A stretch of 64,000 nucleotides of DNA from an uncultured Pseudomonadota bacterium (GTDB lineage Bacteria; Pseudomonadota; Gammaproteobacteria; Burkholderiales; SG8-39), in the NCBI GenBank assembly GCA_963817785.1, contig CAWFPL010000008.1, positions 172,113 to 236,112 on the forward strand, read 5' to 3'. Below are positions 1 to 11,061 of this stretch, piece by piece; position 1 is the first letter of the stretch, and each line of letters opens with the position of its first letter. Under the pieces are notes generated by a model, which was not told where the DNA came from, did no database searches, and saw only the letters and a list, made by a program, of their open reading frames with translations. Made by a program: the position numbers and the translations under genes.

Positions 1-33
1 GAACACGCGCATCCCGTTCAGGCGGTCTTTCAT
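1..33 (-). CDS. LysR-type regulator, N-terminus only (runs off window)
   Basis: Reverse strand reads MKDRLNGMRVF, typical LysR HTH start, divergent from the cupin operon. Confidence 0.55.
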   Translation of the reverse strand, partial: MKDRLNGMRVF

Positions 34-125
34 TAGGCTGGTTTTTGCAACAATAGGTTTCAGTAAACACTATTTCTCATATCTTCGCAATTCCGTACAT
101 TCTCTCCCGGCAGCGACAACCCCTC

Positions 126-2033
126 GTCGGAGTAGGAATGACCATCGCTGATCACCCCCTCCACAGATCCGGACGAGCGGCTTTCCCGCATCCGGCTCTT
201 GCCTCAGGTGATGACGCCGAAGCGGCGTAGAGGATAGGGATGGCACACGCGGGCAAGAGGGAGCCAACGCTTGAGCAGACGCCGCATGCGGTCCCATCGC
301 ACGCGACCGTTCTGGCTGCGCCGGCACAGCGCGCGATGCCAGAGCCGGCCCACTTGGAACCGGAACACCTGCAGCGCCGGGCTGTTCATGGGCACCCCGT
401 AATAGCGGATGTGCCCCCCAACAACCGTGCCCAGCCATTGGCCCTGTGCAGGGATAGGCGCATGCATGCGTCGCCGCAGCTCGGCTTTCACCGCACGCAG
501 CTTCGCCTGCAGGCGCTTGCGCATCGTCTGCCGCAAGACCGTGAATCGTCCGTTGCTTCGCTTGGTCGCGCAGATGTGCGTGAAGCCAAGGAAGTTGAAC
601 GTCTCGGGCTTGCCCAAACCCCGACGGGCGCGGCGCTCGGCGGCATACGGGCCGAACTCCAGCAGCCGGGTCTTCTCGGGATGCAGTTCCAGCTTGAACT
701 TGGCCAACCGCTGGACCAGCTCGGCCCGGAACCGCTCGGCATCGGACTTCACCTGGAAGCCAAGCGCACTATCGTCCGCATAGCGCACGACGATCATCTC
801 GCCGCGCGCGTGCTTTCGACGCCACGCCCGTACCCACAGGTCAAACGCGTAGTGAAGGTAGATATTGGCCAAGAGCGGCGATGCGCTGCCGCCCTGCGGC
901 GTACCTTCCTCCGTACGCGTGCGCTTGCCATCCTCCAGCACGCCCGCGTTCAGCCATTTCTGGATGAGATGCACGATGCGCCGGTCCGCGATGCGATGTT
1001 CGATGAACTTCACCAACCACCCGTGATCGATCGAATCGAAGAACCCACGGATGTCCACATCGAGCACCCAGTTCACCGGTCTCGTGAGCAACCCCACGTA
1101 CAACGCATCCAGACAGTCATGCTGGCTGCGCCCGGGGCGAAACCCGTACGAGAACCCGAGGAAGTCCGTCTCGTAGATGGCGTTCAGCACCTCGACGGCG
1201 GCACGCTGGACGAGCTTGTCCTCCAGCGATGTCACGCCCAGCGGGCGTTGCCCGCCGCCGTCCTTGGCGATGTAGGCCCTACGCACCGGCCTTGCCCGGT
1301 ACGCTCCCCGCTTGAGCCGCTCCGAGAGGTCCCGGAGATGCTCTTCCAGGTCCTCGCCGTAGTGGCGCCAGGTCTCGCCGTCCACACCCGCGGCGGCTTC
1401 CTTCTTCAGGCTGAAGTAGGCCGTACGCAGCGTGTCCAAGCTATAGACATGGTGCAGGAGCGCGGTGAACCGCTTGGTCCTATCCTTCTTTGCCGCTTGA
1501 CGTACCCGCTCGAGCGCACTTTGCACGCTCACCCGGCTCAGCGTCCGGAGCGCGTTTTGCTCGGGCAGGTTCTCTTTGGCCAGACCCCTTCCCTCCATCC
1601 CCTCCGCCACCGGCGAACCGGCCTTGTTCAGGGACTTCGCCGGTACTACGGGCCTGTCCGACTTCCCTTGTCCGTACATCATCGGCGTACGTCTATCGAC
1701 TTCCCGACACGGCCCGCTGCTCTGGGCGAACAAGGGATCTCCCGGCTCCCGCGCGAGGTGTTTGCGTACATGCTCGGGGTCTGTGACCGCGCGGGGTCCC
1801 GTCGCGTCTCGCGATATCGACGCGCCGGGTGTGGCCTTCCGCTTCTCCTTACAGCGTCGGCACCCCGGAGGAAGGTTCTTTCGCGGCTCAATACCCGGCC
1901 CGCACGTACCCCTGTCAACGCTTCGACGCCGCCCTTGCGGGCGGCTCCGCATGACTCGCGGCCGGTGTGGCTCGCTACACCTTCACCGTATGAAACTTTC
2001 ATTCACAACACCTCGCCGGTTTAGCCGGCGCAC
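126..2033 (-). mobile_element. Group II intron (bacterial, no En domain)
   Basis: 5' GTGCG at 2033; domain V/VI GAGCCGGATGCGGGAAAGCCGCTCGTCCGGATCTG...CCTACTCCGAC ending at 126; encloses RT ORF. Confidence 0.9.
204..1682 (-). CDS. ltrA: Group II intron reverse transcriptase/maturase
   Basis: SYGFRPGRS, GTPQGG, RYADD motifs, maturase region ending HPYP; start at MMYG (1682) is an estimate. Confidence 0.93.
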   Translation of the reverse strand: MMYGQGKSDRPVVPAKSLNKAGSPVAEGMEGRGLAKENLPEQNALRTLSRVSVQSALERVRQAAKKDRTKRFTALLHHVYSLDTLRTAYFSLKKEAAAGVDGETWRHYGEDLEEHLRDLSERLKRGAYRARPVRRAYIAKDGGGQRPLGVTSLEDKLVQRAAVEVLNAIYETDFLGFSYGFRPGRSQHDCLDALYVGLLTRPVNWVLDVDIRGFFDSIDHGWLVKFIEHRIADRRIVHLIQKWLNAGVLEDGKRTRTEEGTPQGGSASPLLANIYLHYAFDLWVRAWRRKHARGEMIVVRYADDSALGFQVKSDAERFRAELVQRLAKFKLELHPEKTRLLEFGPYAAERRARRGLGKPETFNFLGFTHICATKRSNGRFTVLRQTMRKRLQAKLRAVKAELRRRMHAPIPAQGQWLGTVVGGHIRYYGVPMNSPALQVFRFQVGRLWHRALCRRSQNGRVRWDRMRRLLKRWLPLARVCHPYPLRRFGVIT

Positions 2034-2045
2034 AAGGAGATCGTC

Positions 2046-2474
2046 ATGAGCCAGCAGGTCGTCAAAATCGGGCAACTGGAAATCCGCTATCTCGTCGAGG
2101 GCGCGCGGAACGGCGGACTGGGCGTGTTCGAGATGAAGGTCCCCGCCGGTGCGCACGTCCCCCCGCCGCACAGCCACACGGACAACGAGGAGTGCGTCTA
2201 CGTGCTGGAAGGCACGCTCAGGTACTCGGTCGACGCAGAGACGCGGGACCTGAAGCCGGGCGAGTGGATGTCCACTCCGCGCGGCGCGGTGCACCACTTC
2301 AGCAATCAAGCGGCCGAAACCGCGCGCGTGCTCGTGATTCTCACGCCCGATATCGGCGAGGAGTACTTCCGCGAGGTCGCGGGCGTGGTGAACGCCGGCG
2401 GCCCGCCCGACCGCGCGAAACTCGGCCAGGTGATGGCCCGGTACGGGCTGCGTCCCGCCGCAGCGCAGCAATGA
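2046..2474 (+). CDS. Cupin domain protein
   Basis: PPPHSH...EE..YVLEG and PRGAVHHF motifs; AAGGAG RBS. Confidence 0.88.
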   Translation: MSQQVVKIGQLEIRYLVEGARNGGLGVFEMKVPAGAHVPPPHSHTDNEECVYVLEGTLRYSVDAETRDLKPGEWMSTPRGAVHHFSNQAAETARVLVILTPDIGEEYFREVAGVVNAGGPPDRAKLGQVMARYGLRPAAAQQ

Positions 2475-2926
2475 GCCGGACGAGCGGACCCGAGCCCCGG
2501 CATGCGCTCCGATTTCATTCCCACGCGTACTTCGATTACGCCGCGCCGGAGCGGGCCGAGCAAGCGCGCGCGTTCAGGGAGCTCATCCGCCGCACGTTCG
2601 CGACGAATGCCCATCTGGAAGTGCGTGCGTTCCATGCGGCCCCGGCGGGGCCGCATCCGCTCGGCAGCTTCGAGGTGCTGTTCACGCGCGAAGCGTTCGC
2701 CGATTACGTCTCCTGGCTCATGTTCGCGCGGCCTCAGGAGATCGACATCCTTGTTCATCCCCTCACCGGGTCGCAGGTGCTCGATCACACCGCGCGCGCC
2801 CTGTGGCTCGGCGTCCCGCTGCCGCTCGACCGGCGGATGCTGGAGGAGGAAGACGCCCGGCGGCTCGCCTCCGGCGCCATGTGCCACAACGCTGTTTGCA
2901 TTCCCGCCTTCCAGGCGCGAACTTGA
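2471..2926 (+). CDS. DOPA 4,5-dioxygenase family protein
   Basis: FHSHAYF, GPHP, ILVHPLTG...DHT..ALWLG motifs; ATGA overlap with cupin stop. Confidence 0.82.
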   Translation: MSRTSGPEPRHALRFHSHAYFDYAAPERAEQARAFRELIRRTFATNAHLEVRAFHAAPAGPHPLGSFEVLFTREAFADYVSWLMFARPQEIDILVHPLTGSQVLDHTARALWLGVPLPLDRRMLEEEDARRLASGAMCHNAVCIPAFQART

Positions 2927-3134
2927 ATGGTTGTGCCTAGCAGCGCCGCACGGTACCCTGAAACGCGCAGGTACCGCGCGCGTTCCGGGGCGTGGGCGCG
3001 AAGGAGGCCCCCATCTCTCTGACGCACGCGTGACGCAAGGGCGCGCGATTGCTCACTTCGTCGTTTTCGAAGTTGATCTCCGGGACGCGAAGCGGTATCA
3101 GGAATGAGTCCGTCGACTCGGAGGCTCCAGACAT

Positions 3135-4160
3135 ATGGACAAGCAGCTCGACCCCTCCCACATCATGCAGACCGCCACCGCGTTCTGGGCCTCGAAAGTC
3201 CTCCTGACCGCGGTCGAGTTTGACCTGTTCACCACCGTTGGCGACGGCAGGCTTTCCGCGTCACAGCTCGGCGAGAAGCTTGGACTGCATCCGCGCGGGA
3301 CCTACGATTTCTTCGATGCGCTAGTGGCGCTCAAGTTTCTCGACCGAGAAGGAGACGGGCCGCAAGGCAAGTACACGAACACGCCCCAGACGGCGGCCTT
3401 CCTCGACAAGAAGAGCCCCACCTACATCGGCGGCCTGCCCGAGATGCTGAACGCGCGCCTGTTCGGGTTCTGGAACGACCTCGGCAAAGCGCTGAAGACC
3501 GGCAAACCGCAGAATGAGGTTAAGCACGGAGGCAAGCCGATCTTCGAGGCGCTGTATTCAAACCAGGCCTCGCTCGGCCAGTTTCTCGACGCCATGACCG
3601 GTGCCCAAGCCGCCAATTTCGCCGCGCTGGCGGAGAAGTTCGACTTTTCGAAGTACAAGACCGTCAGCGACGTGGGAGGCGCCTTGGCCCTGCTCTCAAG
3701 AATTGTGGGGGCGCGCCATCTGCATCTGACATTCACCAGCTTCGATCTCCCGCCAGTTGCGCCACTCGCCGAGAAGCATATCAAGGCGGCGGGCATGGAA
3801 GGGCGGATCAAGGCGGTGGCGGGGGACTTCTTCAAGGACGACCTGCCCAAGGCGGACGTGATGACGATGGGCAATATCCTGCACGACTGGAACCTGGAGA
3901 ACAAAAAGCTCCTGATCCGCAAGGCCTACGACGCGCTCCCCGAAGGCGGGGCCTTCATCGCGATCGAAAACCTGATCGACGACGCACGGCGGGAAAACGT
4001 CTTCGGCCTGCTGATGTCACTCAATATGCTGATCGAATTGGGCGACGCGTTCGACTACACCGGCGCCGACTTCCGCGCCTGGTGCAGCGAAGCGGGATTC
4101 AAGCGCTTCGAGATCATCGGCCTCGCCGGCCCGGCGAGCGCCGCGGTCGCGTACAAGTAG
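3135..4160 (+). CDS. SAM-dependent O-methyltransferase (dimerisation + methyltransferase domains)
   Basis: DVGGA, AGDFFKDDLP, ILHDW motifs. Confidence 0.9.
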   Translation: MDKQLDPSHIMQTATAFWASKVLLTAVEFDLFTTVGDGRLSASQLGEKLGLHPRGTYDFFDALVALKFLDREGDGPQGKYTNTPQTAAFLDKKSPTYIGGLPEMLNARLFGFWNDLGKALKTGKPQNEVKHGGKPIFEALYSNQASLGQFLDAMTGAQAANFAALAEKFDFSKYKTVSDVGGALALLSRIVGARHLHLTFTSFDLPPVAPLAEKHIKAAGMEGRIKAVAGDFFKDDLPKADVMTMGNILHDWNLENKKLLIRKAYDALPEGGAFIAIENLIDDARRENVFGLLMSLNMLIELGDAFDYTGADFRAWCSEAGFKRFEIIGLAGPASAAVAYK

Positions 4161-4339
4161 CGGTCCGCCGGCCGGCGCCAGCATACGGTGAACGCAAGAG
4201 CGCCCGGCAGCGCGGCTCGGCGACCTGAAACACGCCGGCACCGGCTGCGTTTCGGGGCGGTGGTACGAAGGAATTTCCCATCCTTCAGCCGCACCCCATT
4301 TACCACCACGGTTCTCCCTCGGAGCGGCCGCTTTGGGTC

Positions 4340-4489
4340 GAGGCTGTGTGAAAACGCAAGACAGTGTCCGCCACACGGCAAATCCGTTCTCTCAAAAAAT
4401 CCAAAATGCAAAGAAACGCCTTCTAGAGGCCGCTACGTCGACTCATTAGCACTCCGCAAAAGAGAGTTCTAGCGTTTTCACACAGCCTC
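4340..4489. mobile_element. 150-bp MITE with IS1182-type ends
   Basis: IR GAGGCTGTGTGAAAACGC / GCGTTTTCACACAGCCTC; flanking 4-bp duplication GGTC; no transposase. Confidence 0.75.
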
Positions 4490-4635
4490 GGTCGGGTGCC
4501 GCCCGTCGCCGCTGACGAAAGCAGCTATTGACTCAGCGTACCACGGTAACGTCGGTAACCTGCGTGATACCAGTCATTCAACTGAGCCAACGCGAGCGGC
4601 GACTCTGGCCGAAAAGCAGAAGTCCGCTCATCGGC

Positions 4636-6249
4636 GATTCTGTTGAAGAACTCGACGTTGCGGCTGAACTGGTGCTTGGATATTGGCGGTAACGACGCGG
4701 GGTGATGGGCTTCGGTGCCCATCACTGGGCTTTGATGTCTTGTTTGTCGGTTAATCGGGAGGGTTTCACCTCATGCGGGCGCACCTATCCCGTGAAGCGG
4801 TGGTGCCTGTGAGACGAGCTTGGCCAGCCGGCGCAAATTCTGTGCAATAGCGGCAAGGGTGAATTCATCCGTGGCGCCACTGAGCCCGCGAAGCCGTAAG
4901 CGATCGAGCTTGAGAATGGATTTAAGGTGCGCGAAGAGCATCTCGACCTTCTTGCGCTCGTGGCGCGATCGTTGATACGCCGCCCTGGTGGCGATGCGCC
5001 GAGCGACGTCACGCGCTTACTCGTGAGTGCTGTGGGCAATCTTTCGAAAGGGCATATTCGGACAGCAGCGGGGTTCCATCGGACAGGCGGTGCAACTGCG
5101 CTCAGTTGCGCGATAGATGACGGTTTGGGGTTGGGTGATGTGCGTGCGCGGGTTCTTATATGGACGCCATTGGCTGCGCAACGCGTGGCCCTGCGGGCAG
5201 CGGTATTCGTCGGCGTCTTCGTCCCATTGAAAGGCGTCACGCTCGAAGGTGCCGTCCTTGCGCTCGGTCTTGTCCCACACCGGCACATGCGGCTCGATCG
5301 CCTTCTGTTCGACCATCCAGCCCAACATCGACGCCGAGCCATAGGCCGTGTCCGCGATGAGCCGCTGCGGTTTGAGATCGAAGCGCTCTTCGACCCGCTC
5401 GACCATGGTCTTGGTGGATTCGACCTCCGTCGTGCGGTGAGCGGGCGTCGCTTCCACGTCGAGGCTCACCCCATGAGCGACGTCGATCAGATAGTTGGTC
5501 GAGTAGGCGAAGAAGGCGACGCCTCCGGTCGCCGCCGTCCAGCGCGAGTGCGGGTCGCTTAGCGAGAGCTTGCGCGACGCTGCCGCGGCGAGCTCCTCAT
5601 CATCCAGTGCCGCCAGATACTCCCGCATCGCGCGCGTGTCAATTAGGGGATTGTTCCAATCGCAACGCTCGCCTGGCGCCACGCTGTGCTGACGGCTTGC
5701 GTTGGCGGCAACGAGACTCGCATCCACTGCAAAGCCCTCTGCCTTGACCCGGCCCGCAGCCATGCAGCGACGCACCACCTCCTCAAACACCCAGCGAAAC
5801 GCGCCGCTCTCGCGAAATCGCCCATGCCGGTTCTTGGAGAAGGTCGAATGCTCCGGTACGGCATCCTCCAGACCAAGACGACAGAACCAGCGATACGCGA
5901 GGTTCAGATGGACCTCCTCACACAGGCGCCGCTCCGAACGAATGCCGTAGCTGTAGCCGATGATCAGCATCCGCACCATCAGTTCCGGATCGACCGAGGG
6001 CCGACCCGTGTGGCTGTAATACTTGGCGAGGTGTTCGCGCAGCCCGCTCAGATCGAGGCATCGGTCGATGCCGCGCAGCAGGTGGTTCGCCGGAACGTGA
6101 TCTTCAAGATTGAACGAATAGAACAGTCGCTCTTGTCCGCCCGCTTGCTGTCCCATCATCTTGAAGCGCTCCGTCAACGCACTGGAAGATCGGACGCTTC
6201 ACGGGATCAAAGATTCGACGATTAGCGAGCTTTTTTTTTCAACAGAATC
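4636..6249 (-). mobile_element. IS1182-family insertion sequence
   Basis: IR GATTCTGTTGAA / TTCAACAGAATC; 4-bp duplication CGGC (4632-4635, 6250-6253). Confidence 0.85.
4771..6177 (-). pseudogene. IS1182 transposase with in-frame TAA at 5017
   Basis: GRPSVDPELMVRML, DASLV motifs; same frame continues past stop to RKKVEMLFAHLK...AQNLRRL. Confidence 0.85.
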
Positions 6250-6492
6250 CGGCCTCAGCGGTCACTGGCAATTTGACGGTGACTGGATCGACGGTTCCGA
6301 TTTGAACGTCCGCTTCCGAATCAAATTGAACTGGTGCTGTCGACCCCGTCGCTGCCGTTCGAGCGGCGGACTCGCCTTTCTTCCGCCGGCTCGCTTCCCG
6401 GGTTACTGATAAGCCCGACTCTCGCAGGATGCCGCAGCCGCGGACTTGCTCCGAGCGATCACAATCTGCGCGTATTGACTGACGGTCACTTA

Positions 6493-8651
6493 TTGAGTAT
6501 TTCCTAACCTCGTGACAACCGAATTGTTCCTCATGCGTTACTCGGGTGTTGGCATAACATCGGAGTTTGCGCATGAAGACGAAGAACAAAATCGATGCCG
6601 GGGCGAAGCGCCGGGTGCGGGCGGCGCGGCTGCTTCAGGCCGGTCACGCTCCCGCGCGGGTGGCTGCTATGGTGGGCGCGCCGCGCCAGACGGTATACCG
6701 CTGGAAGGGCGTGCTGGAGTCCGAGGGAATCGATGCGCTTCGGAGCGTGAGCAAGGGCGGGCGTCCCGCCCGACTCGGTGCCGAGGAACTGTCCAAGCTG
6801 CAAGTAGCTTTGCTCGAAGGCCCGACGGCACATGGCTTTGGCACGTCGCTCTGGACGATCAAGCGGGTGCGCGTGTTTATCGAGCGGCGCTTCGGCGTTC
6901 ACTACAGCGAGGTTCATGTCTGGCGGTTGCTCGGGCAGTTGGGCTTCTCCAGCCAGAAGCCCGATCGGCGTGCGCTGGAGCGCGATGATGTGGCCATCGA
7001 GCATTGGAAGCGGCACACCTGGCCCGGGCTTAAAAAAAGGCTCTGTCCTAGTTACGTGTTGGTAAGAGGCACGCCAATGGCGTCCAGCAAGAGTGTCTGC
7101 GGGTCTACGTTGAGTGACTTCCGGTCGAAGAATCGGAACCAGGCCAGGTAGCTTGGGAGGTGCTTCGTGGCGACGCCTCGGAACCTGCTCAAGCGGTCGC
7201 GAATCCGGCTATGCAGAGCGTTGACGTTCTGCACGTGGTACGGGCCGAGCTTGTGCGAGCCGCGGGGAATCTGGCGAACGGTGACGCCTAGTGCCTTCCC
7301 GACGGTCAGATAGGTCTTGAGAAGCGTCCGTGACGAGCACCGCGTCTGTCCGCAGCTTCGGACCCAACGCCATCGTGATGTCGCCGGCGTTCGGTGTCGA
7401 GGGCAGGACCTCGATGAAACTGTACGGGGAGCCGCGGGATACCGCGGTCTCGACGGCGACTTGCTCGGCCGATATGCCGCGCTTTCCGGCCCGCGTCCCG
7501 CGCCGATACGCCTTGCGCGGCAAGCCCTTCTTTTGGCCCTTGTACGACTTGCGGAAGAACATCTCATCCGCCTCGATAACCCCTTGCAAATCGGAGGGTT
7601 GGTGCTTCTCGAGCTCCGGCATCATCAGGTGCCGCAACCGGAAGGCGGTGTTGCGGTTAACGCCCAGTTTCTCGGCCGTCTCCCGCACCGACAGCCCCTC
7701 CTTCATGCAGAGCGCGTTCTGCAGGAGCTTCGGCTTGTTGCGGGCTCCCACCAGAGTGGTCCCGGTCAGGCTCGTGAACGTCTTCTCGCAGCCCGGGCGC
7801 TGGCACTGGTACCGCTGGCTACCGCTGACAGAATGCCCGAACCGAATGAACTCGGCGCCGCTGCACCAGGGGCACTTCGCGACCGCCTCTATGCGCTTTT
7901 CAAGCAGCCGGTGGACCTCCTGCCGGCCCTCCAGATGCCGAACCGCGTTCGACACCTTGCGCAGCTGGTTGGGACTCAGTTTGGTCAGCTCCTTTAGGAG
8001 CCGTTCGAGGTCTCGTTTGCGCATCGGAGGTCCGCCTTCTGCTACTCAGACCGCCAATTGTACCAACACGTAATTAGGACAGAGCCTAAAAAAAAGCCCG
8101 CCGCGAGGACCGGCTGATCGTCTTCATCGACGAATCGGGCCTGTCGCAGCGCCCCACGCGGGTGCGCACCTGGGCGGTGAGAGGCGAGACTCCGGTGCTC
8201 CAGTTCTGCTTCAACTGGGACCACGTCTCGGTGATCGCCGGAATGCACTATCGCGGCGTGTGCTTTCGGCTTCACGAAGGCTCGGTCAAGAAAGAGCAGG
8301 TCCTCGAGTTCCTCAAGGCGCTCAAAGCCCACTATCGCCGCCGGCTTCTCATCTTGTGGGATGGAGGCAGACCTCACCGCAGTCGCTTGGTGCGCGACTA
8401 CGTGGACTCGACCGACGGCGACATCCAGCTCGAGTTCCTGCCCGGCTACGCCCCGGAACTCAACCCCGTGGAGTACCTCTGGGCTTGGCTCAAGCGCCAT
8501 GCGCTGGCGAACTTCTGCCCCGAGACGTTGAGCGAACTCCAGCACACCGCTCGCGGCAAGCTGAAATCCGCCCAACGGCGCTCCGCCATCATCGCCTCCT
8601 GCTGGGAACAGGCTCAACTGTTCTAATGTCATGCGGTTAGGTAATACTCAA
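6493..8651 (+). mobile_element. IS630-family element (HTH ORF from 6573, DDE ORF to 8626) interrupted by IS1595
   Basis: 25-bp IR TTGAGTATT.CCTAACC...TGACA, TA duplication; FIDESG, WDG, PGYAPELNPVE motifs. Confidence 0.9.
7039..8086 (-). mobile_element. IS1595-family element, frameshifted transposase (7052-8024)
   Basis: IR GGCTCTGTCCTA.TTACGTGTTGGTA; 8-bp duplication TAAAAAAA; CPWC zinc finger, IEADEMFF, HVQNVNALHSR...FRGVATKHL; frame change near 7325. Confidence 0.88.
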
Positions 8652-8742
8652 TAGTATAACGTGCAGCTGAGAGGAGAGAGCGAGAGAGAGAGAGAGTCGG
8701 CAGCCCAGCAGCTCTTGGGCCGCTGGTGTGAGCACGGGCGCC

Positions 8743-9024
8743 CTACTTGCTTTTCTGCCCCGGCGGCACGTAGCCGGCGGCGGCGTCGGCGCCGCCGCTG
8801 AAGAGGTACTTCTCCATCTGCTGCGCGAGGTACTCGCGCGCCTTCCTGTCGGCGAGGTTGAGCCGATTCTCGTTCACCAGCATCTTCTGGTGCACGAGCC
8901 ACTGCCGCCACGCCTCCTTCGACACGCTCTCGAAGATGCGCTTGCCGAGCTCGCCCGGATACGGCGGGAAATCGAGCGCTTCCGCTTCGCGCCCAAGCTT
9001 GATGCACTTGACCATGCGCGCCAT
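8743..9024 (-). CDS. yggX: Oxidative damage protection / Fe(II)-trafficking protein
   Basis: [15 protein letters not shown]...[20 protein letters not shown]...[10 protein letters not shown]. Confidence 0.93.
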   Translation of the reverse strand: MARMVKCIKLGREAEALDFPPYPGELGKRIFESVSKEAWRQWLVHQKMLVNENRLNLADRKAREYLAQQMEKYLFSGGADAAAGYVPPGQKSK

Positions 9025-9211
9025 GGCCGAACTCCACTCGACCCTCGCCGCAGGCGCGGCGTTACGTCCGTCGATTGTAGCGTGCGTCGACGGCAGCGGG
9101 ATTCCCCGGTGAGCGGCTGGTTGCCACTGCAAGACCATGAAGCGGACAGAGTTTTTCCGGGCGGTCGACTCGCCTATGATATTCGGGTGACGATCACGAG
9201 GGATAACTGTG

Positions 9212-9619
9212 ATGGCAGGTAAGGGCCCCGGCACGACGACGCCGACCGAGATCAAGCTGCACCAAAAATCGCACGTGCTCGAAATCTCGTTTGCCGACGG
9301 CAAGACCTTTAGGCTGCCGTACGAATTCCTGCGCGTGTACTCGCCGTCTGCCGAAGCGCGCGGCCACGGACCGGGGCAGGAGGTGCTCCAGGCGGGCAAG
9401 AAAAACGTCGACATCGCCCGTGTCGAGCCGGTCGGCACCTATGCTATTCAGCTGTGCTTCTCGGACGGCCATGACACTGGCCTATACTCGTGGGAGCTGC
9501 TCTACGATTTCGGGCTGAATCATGACGAGATGTGGGGCGAGTATTTGAGGCGGCTCGAGCAGGCCGGCGCGAGCCGCGAGCCGCAGCCGGGCTTCGAGGC
9601 GCGGCCGAAGGCGAAATAG
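9212..9619 (+). CDS. DUF971 (gamma-butyrobetaine hydroxylase-like N-terminal) protein
   Basis: [11 protein letters not shown]...GHG...[21 protein letters not shown]. Confidence 0.88.
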   Translation: MAGKGPGTTTPTEIKLHQKSHVLEISFADGKTFRLPYEFLRVYSPSAEARGHGPGQEVLQAGKKNVDIARVEPVGTYAIQLCFSDGHDTGLYSWELLYDFGLNHDEMWGEYLRRLEQAGASREPQPGFEARPKAK

Positions 9620-9627
9620 AGGCAGCA

Positions 9628-11058
9628 ATGGCCCGCGAGATCCCCCACGGTGCCCACGCCCGGGAGGCCGGGCATCGGGTCGTCCTGATCAGTCCCTACG
9701 ACCTGGGCCGCCAGCCGTTCGCCCTCGCAGAGCCGGCGGCGCTGCTTGAGCGCGCCGGCTTCGAGGTGAGTTGCCTCGATTTGTCGCTGCAGAGACTCGC
9801 CGACATCGAATGGCGCGACCCGACGCTGGTCGCCATTCACCTTGGCATGCATACGGCCACGCGCATCGCGCTCGCTGCGCTGCCGCGCATTCGCACGCTC
9901 GCCCCACGTGCGCGCCTGTACGCCTACGGGCTGTATGCGCCGATGAATGCAATGCTACTGCGCGCGCATGGCGTAACCGAGGTCATCGGCGGGGAATACG
10001 AGGACGCGCTGGTCGCCGCCGCGAGGCGTAGCGGCGACAGCGCTGCCGCTGCCTCGCCGGCGTTCATCCACCGCGGTAAAGTCGACTTCGCGGTGCCGCA
10101 GCGCGCGCAGCTTCAACCGCTCGAGCGCTACGCGCGCCTCGTGCTACCGGAGGGCGGCGAGAAGACTGTCGGCTTCGCCGAAGCAAGCCGCGGCTGCAAG
10201 CACTGGTGCCGCCATTGCCCGGTGGTGCCGGTGTACCAGGGGCGCTTTCGTGCAGTGCCCGCCGCGATCGTCATCGCCGACATTCGCCAGCAGGTCGAAC
10301 GGGGCGCGCAGCACATCGCCTTTGGCGACCCGGATTTCCTCAACGGGCCGACGCATGCCCTCCGGATCGTGCGCGGGCTTCACGCAGAGTTCCCGGATCT
10401 TAGCTGGGATGCCACCATCAAGGTACAACACCTGCTCGAGCACGCCGCGCTGCTGCCCGAGCTCGCGCGTTGCGGCTGCCTGTTCATTACTTCCGCGGTC
10501 GAAGCGGTGGACGAGCGTATTCTGGAGTGCCTCGCCAAGAATCATACGCGTGCCGACTTCGAACGCGCCGTAGTGTTGCTGCGTGCGGCCGGCATCGCGC
10601 TCGCGCCGACTTTCGTCGCCTTTACGCCCTGGACCACGCTTGAGGGCTACCTCGAGCTGCTCGAGACCATTTTGCAGCTTAATCTGATCGAAAACGTGCC
10701 GCCGGTGCAGCTCGCGATCCGGCTGCTGGTGCCCGAGGGTTCTGAGCTGCTCAAGCTAGGCGGCTTTCGCGACCTGCTTGAGCCGTTCGACGCCAGGATG
10801 CTCGGCTATCCCTGGCGCCACCGCGACCCACGCGTCGACGGACTTCAGCAGGCGGTGCAGGATCAGGTCGCGCGCGCAGAGACCCAGGCCCTGCCGCGGC
10901 GCGAGACCTTCGCCGCAATCCGGCGCCTGGCGTATGAGGCTCTGGGACAACGCTCCCCTGCGATGGCGCCACGCAGGGCGGCGGAGGCGATCCCGCACCT
11001 CTCGGAGCCGTGGTATTGCTGCGCGGAGCCCACGCACGAGCAGCTGGCGGCATTCTGA
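9628..11058 (+). CDS. CUAEP/CCAEP-tail radical SAM protein (Cys form)
   Basis: RGCKHWCRHC CxxxCxxC motif; N-terminal B12-binding-like region; C-terminal EPWYCCAEP. Confidence 0.85.
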   Translation: MAREIPHGAHAREAGHRVVLISPYDLGRQPFALAEPAALLERAGFEVSCLDLSLQRLADIEWRDPTLVAIHLGMHTATRIALAALPRIRTLAPRARLYAYGLYAPMNAMLLRAHGVTEVIGGEYEDALVAAARRSGDSAAAASPAFIHRGKVDFAVPQRAQLQPLERYARLVLPEGGEKTVGFAEASRGCKHWCRHCPVVPVYQGRFRAVPAAIVIADIRQQVERGAQHIAFGDPDFLNGPTHALRIVRGLHAEFPDLSWDATIKVQHLLEHAALLPELARCGCLFITSAVEAVDERILECLAKNHTRADFERAVVLLRAAGIALAPTFVAFTPWTTLEGYLELLETILQLNLIENVPPVQLAIRLLVPEGSELLKLGGFRDLLEPFDARMLGYPWRHRDPRVDGLQQAVQDQVARAETQALPRRETFAAIRRLAYEALGQRSPAMAPRRAAEAIPHLSEPWYCCAEPTHEQLAAF

Positions 11059-11061
11059 ACC

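Noticed and set aside
204-1682. RT as retron, DGR or defence RT
   Set aside because: Intron 5' GTGCG, domains V/VI and maturase region identify a group II intron
240-2024. 594-aa plus-strand ORF and similar long antisense ORFs (e.g. 28288-30276, 15866-16816)
   Set aside because: Shadows of real genes in GC-rich DNA with no motifs
8668-8696. (GA)n tract as phase-variation switch
   Set aside because: Lies downstream of two converging 3' ends, not in a promoter or CDS
11011-11030. Selenocysteine recoding in the radical SAM tail
   Set aside because: Codons are TGC TGC, not TGA
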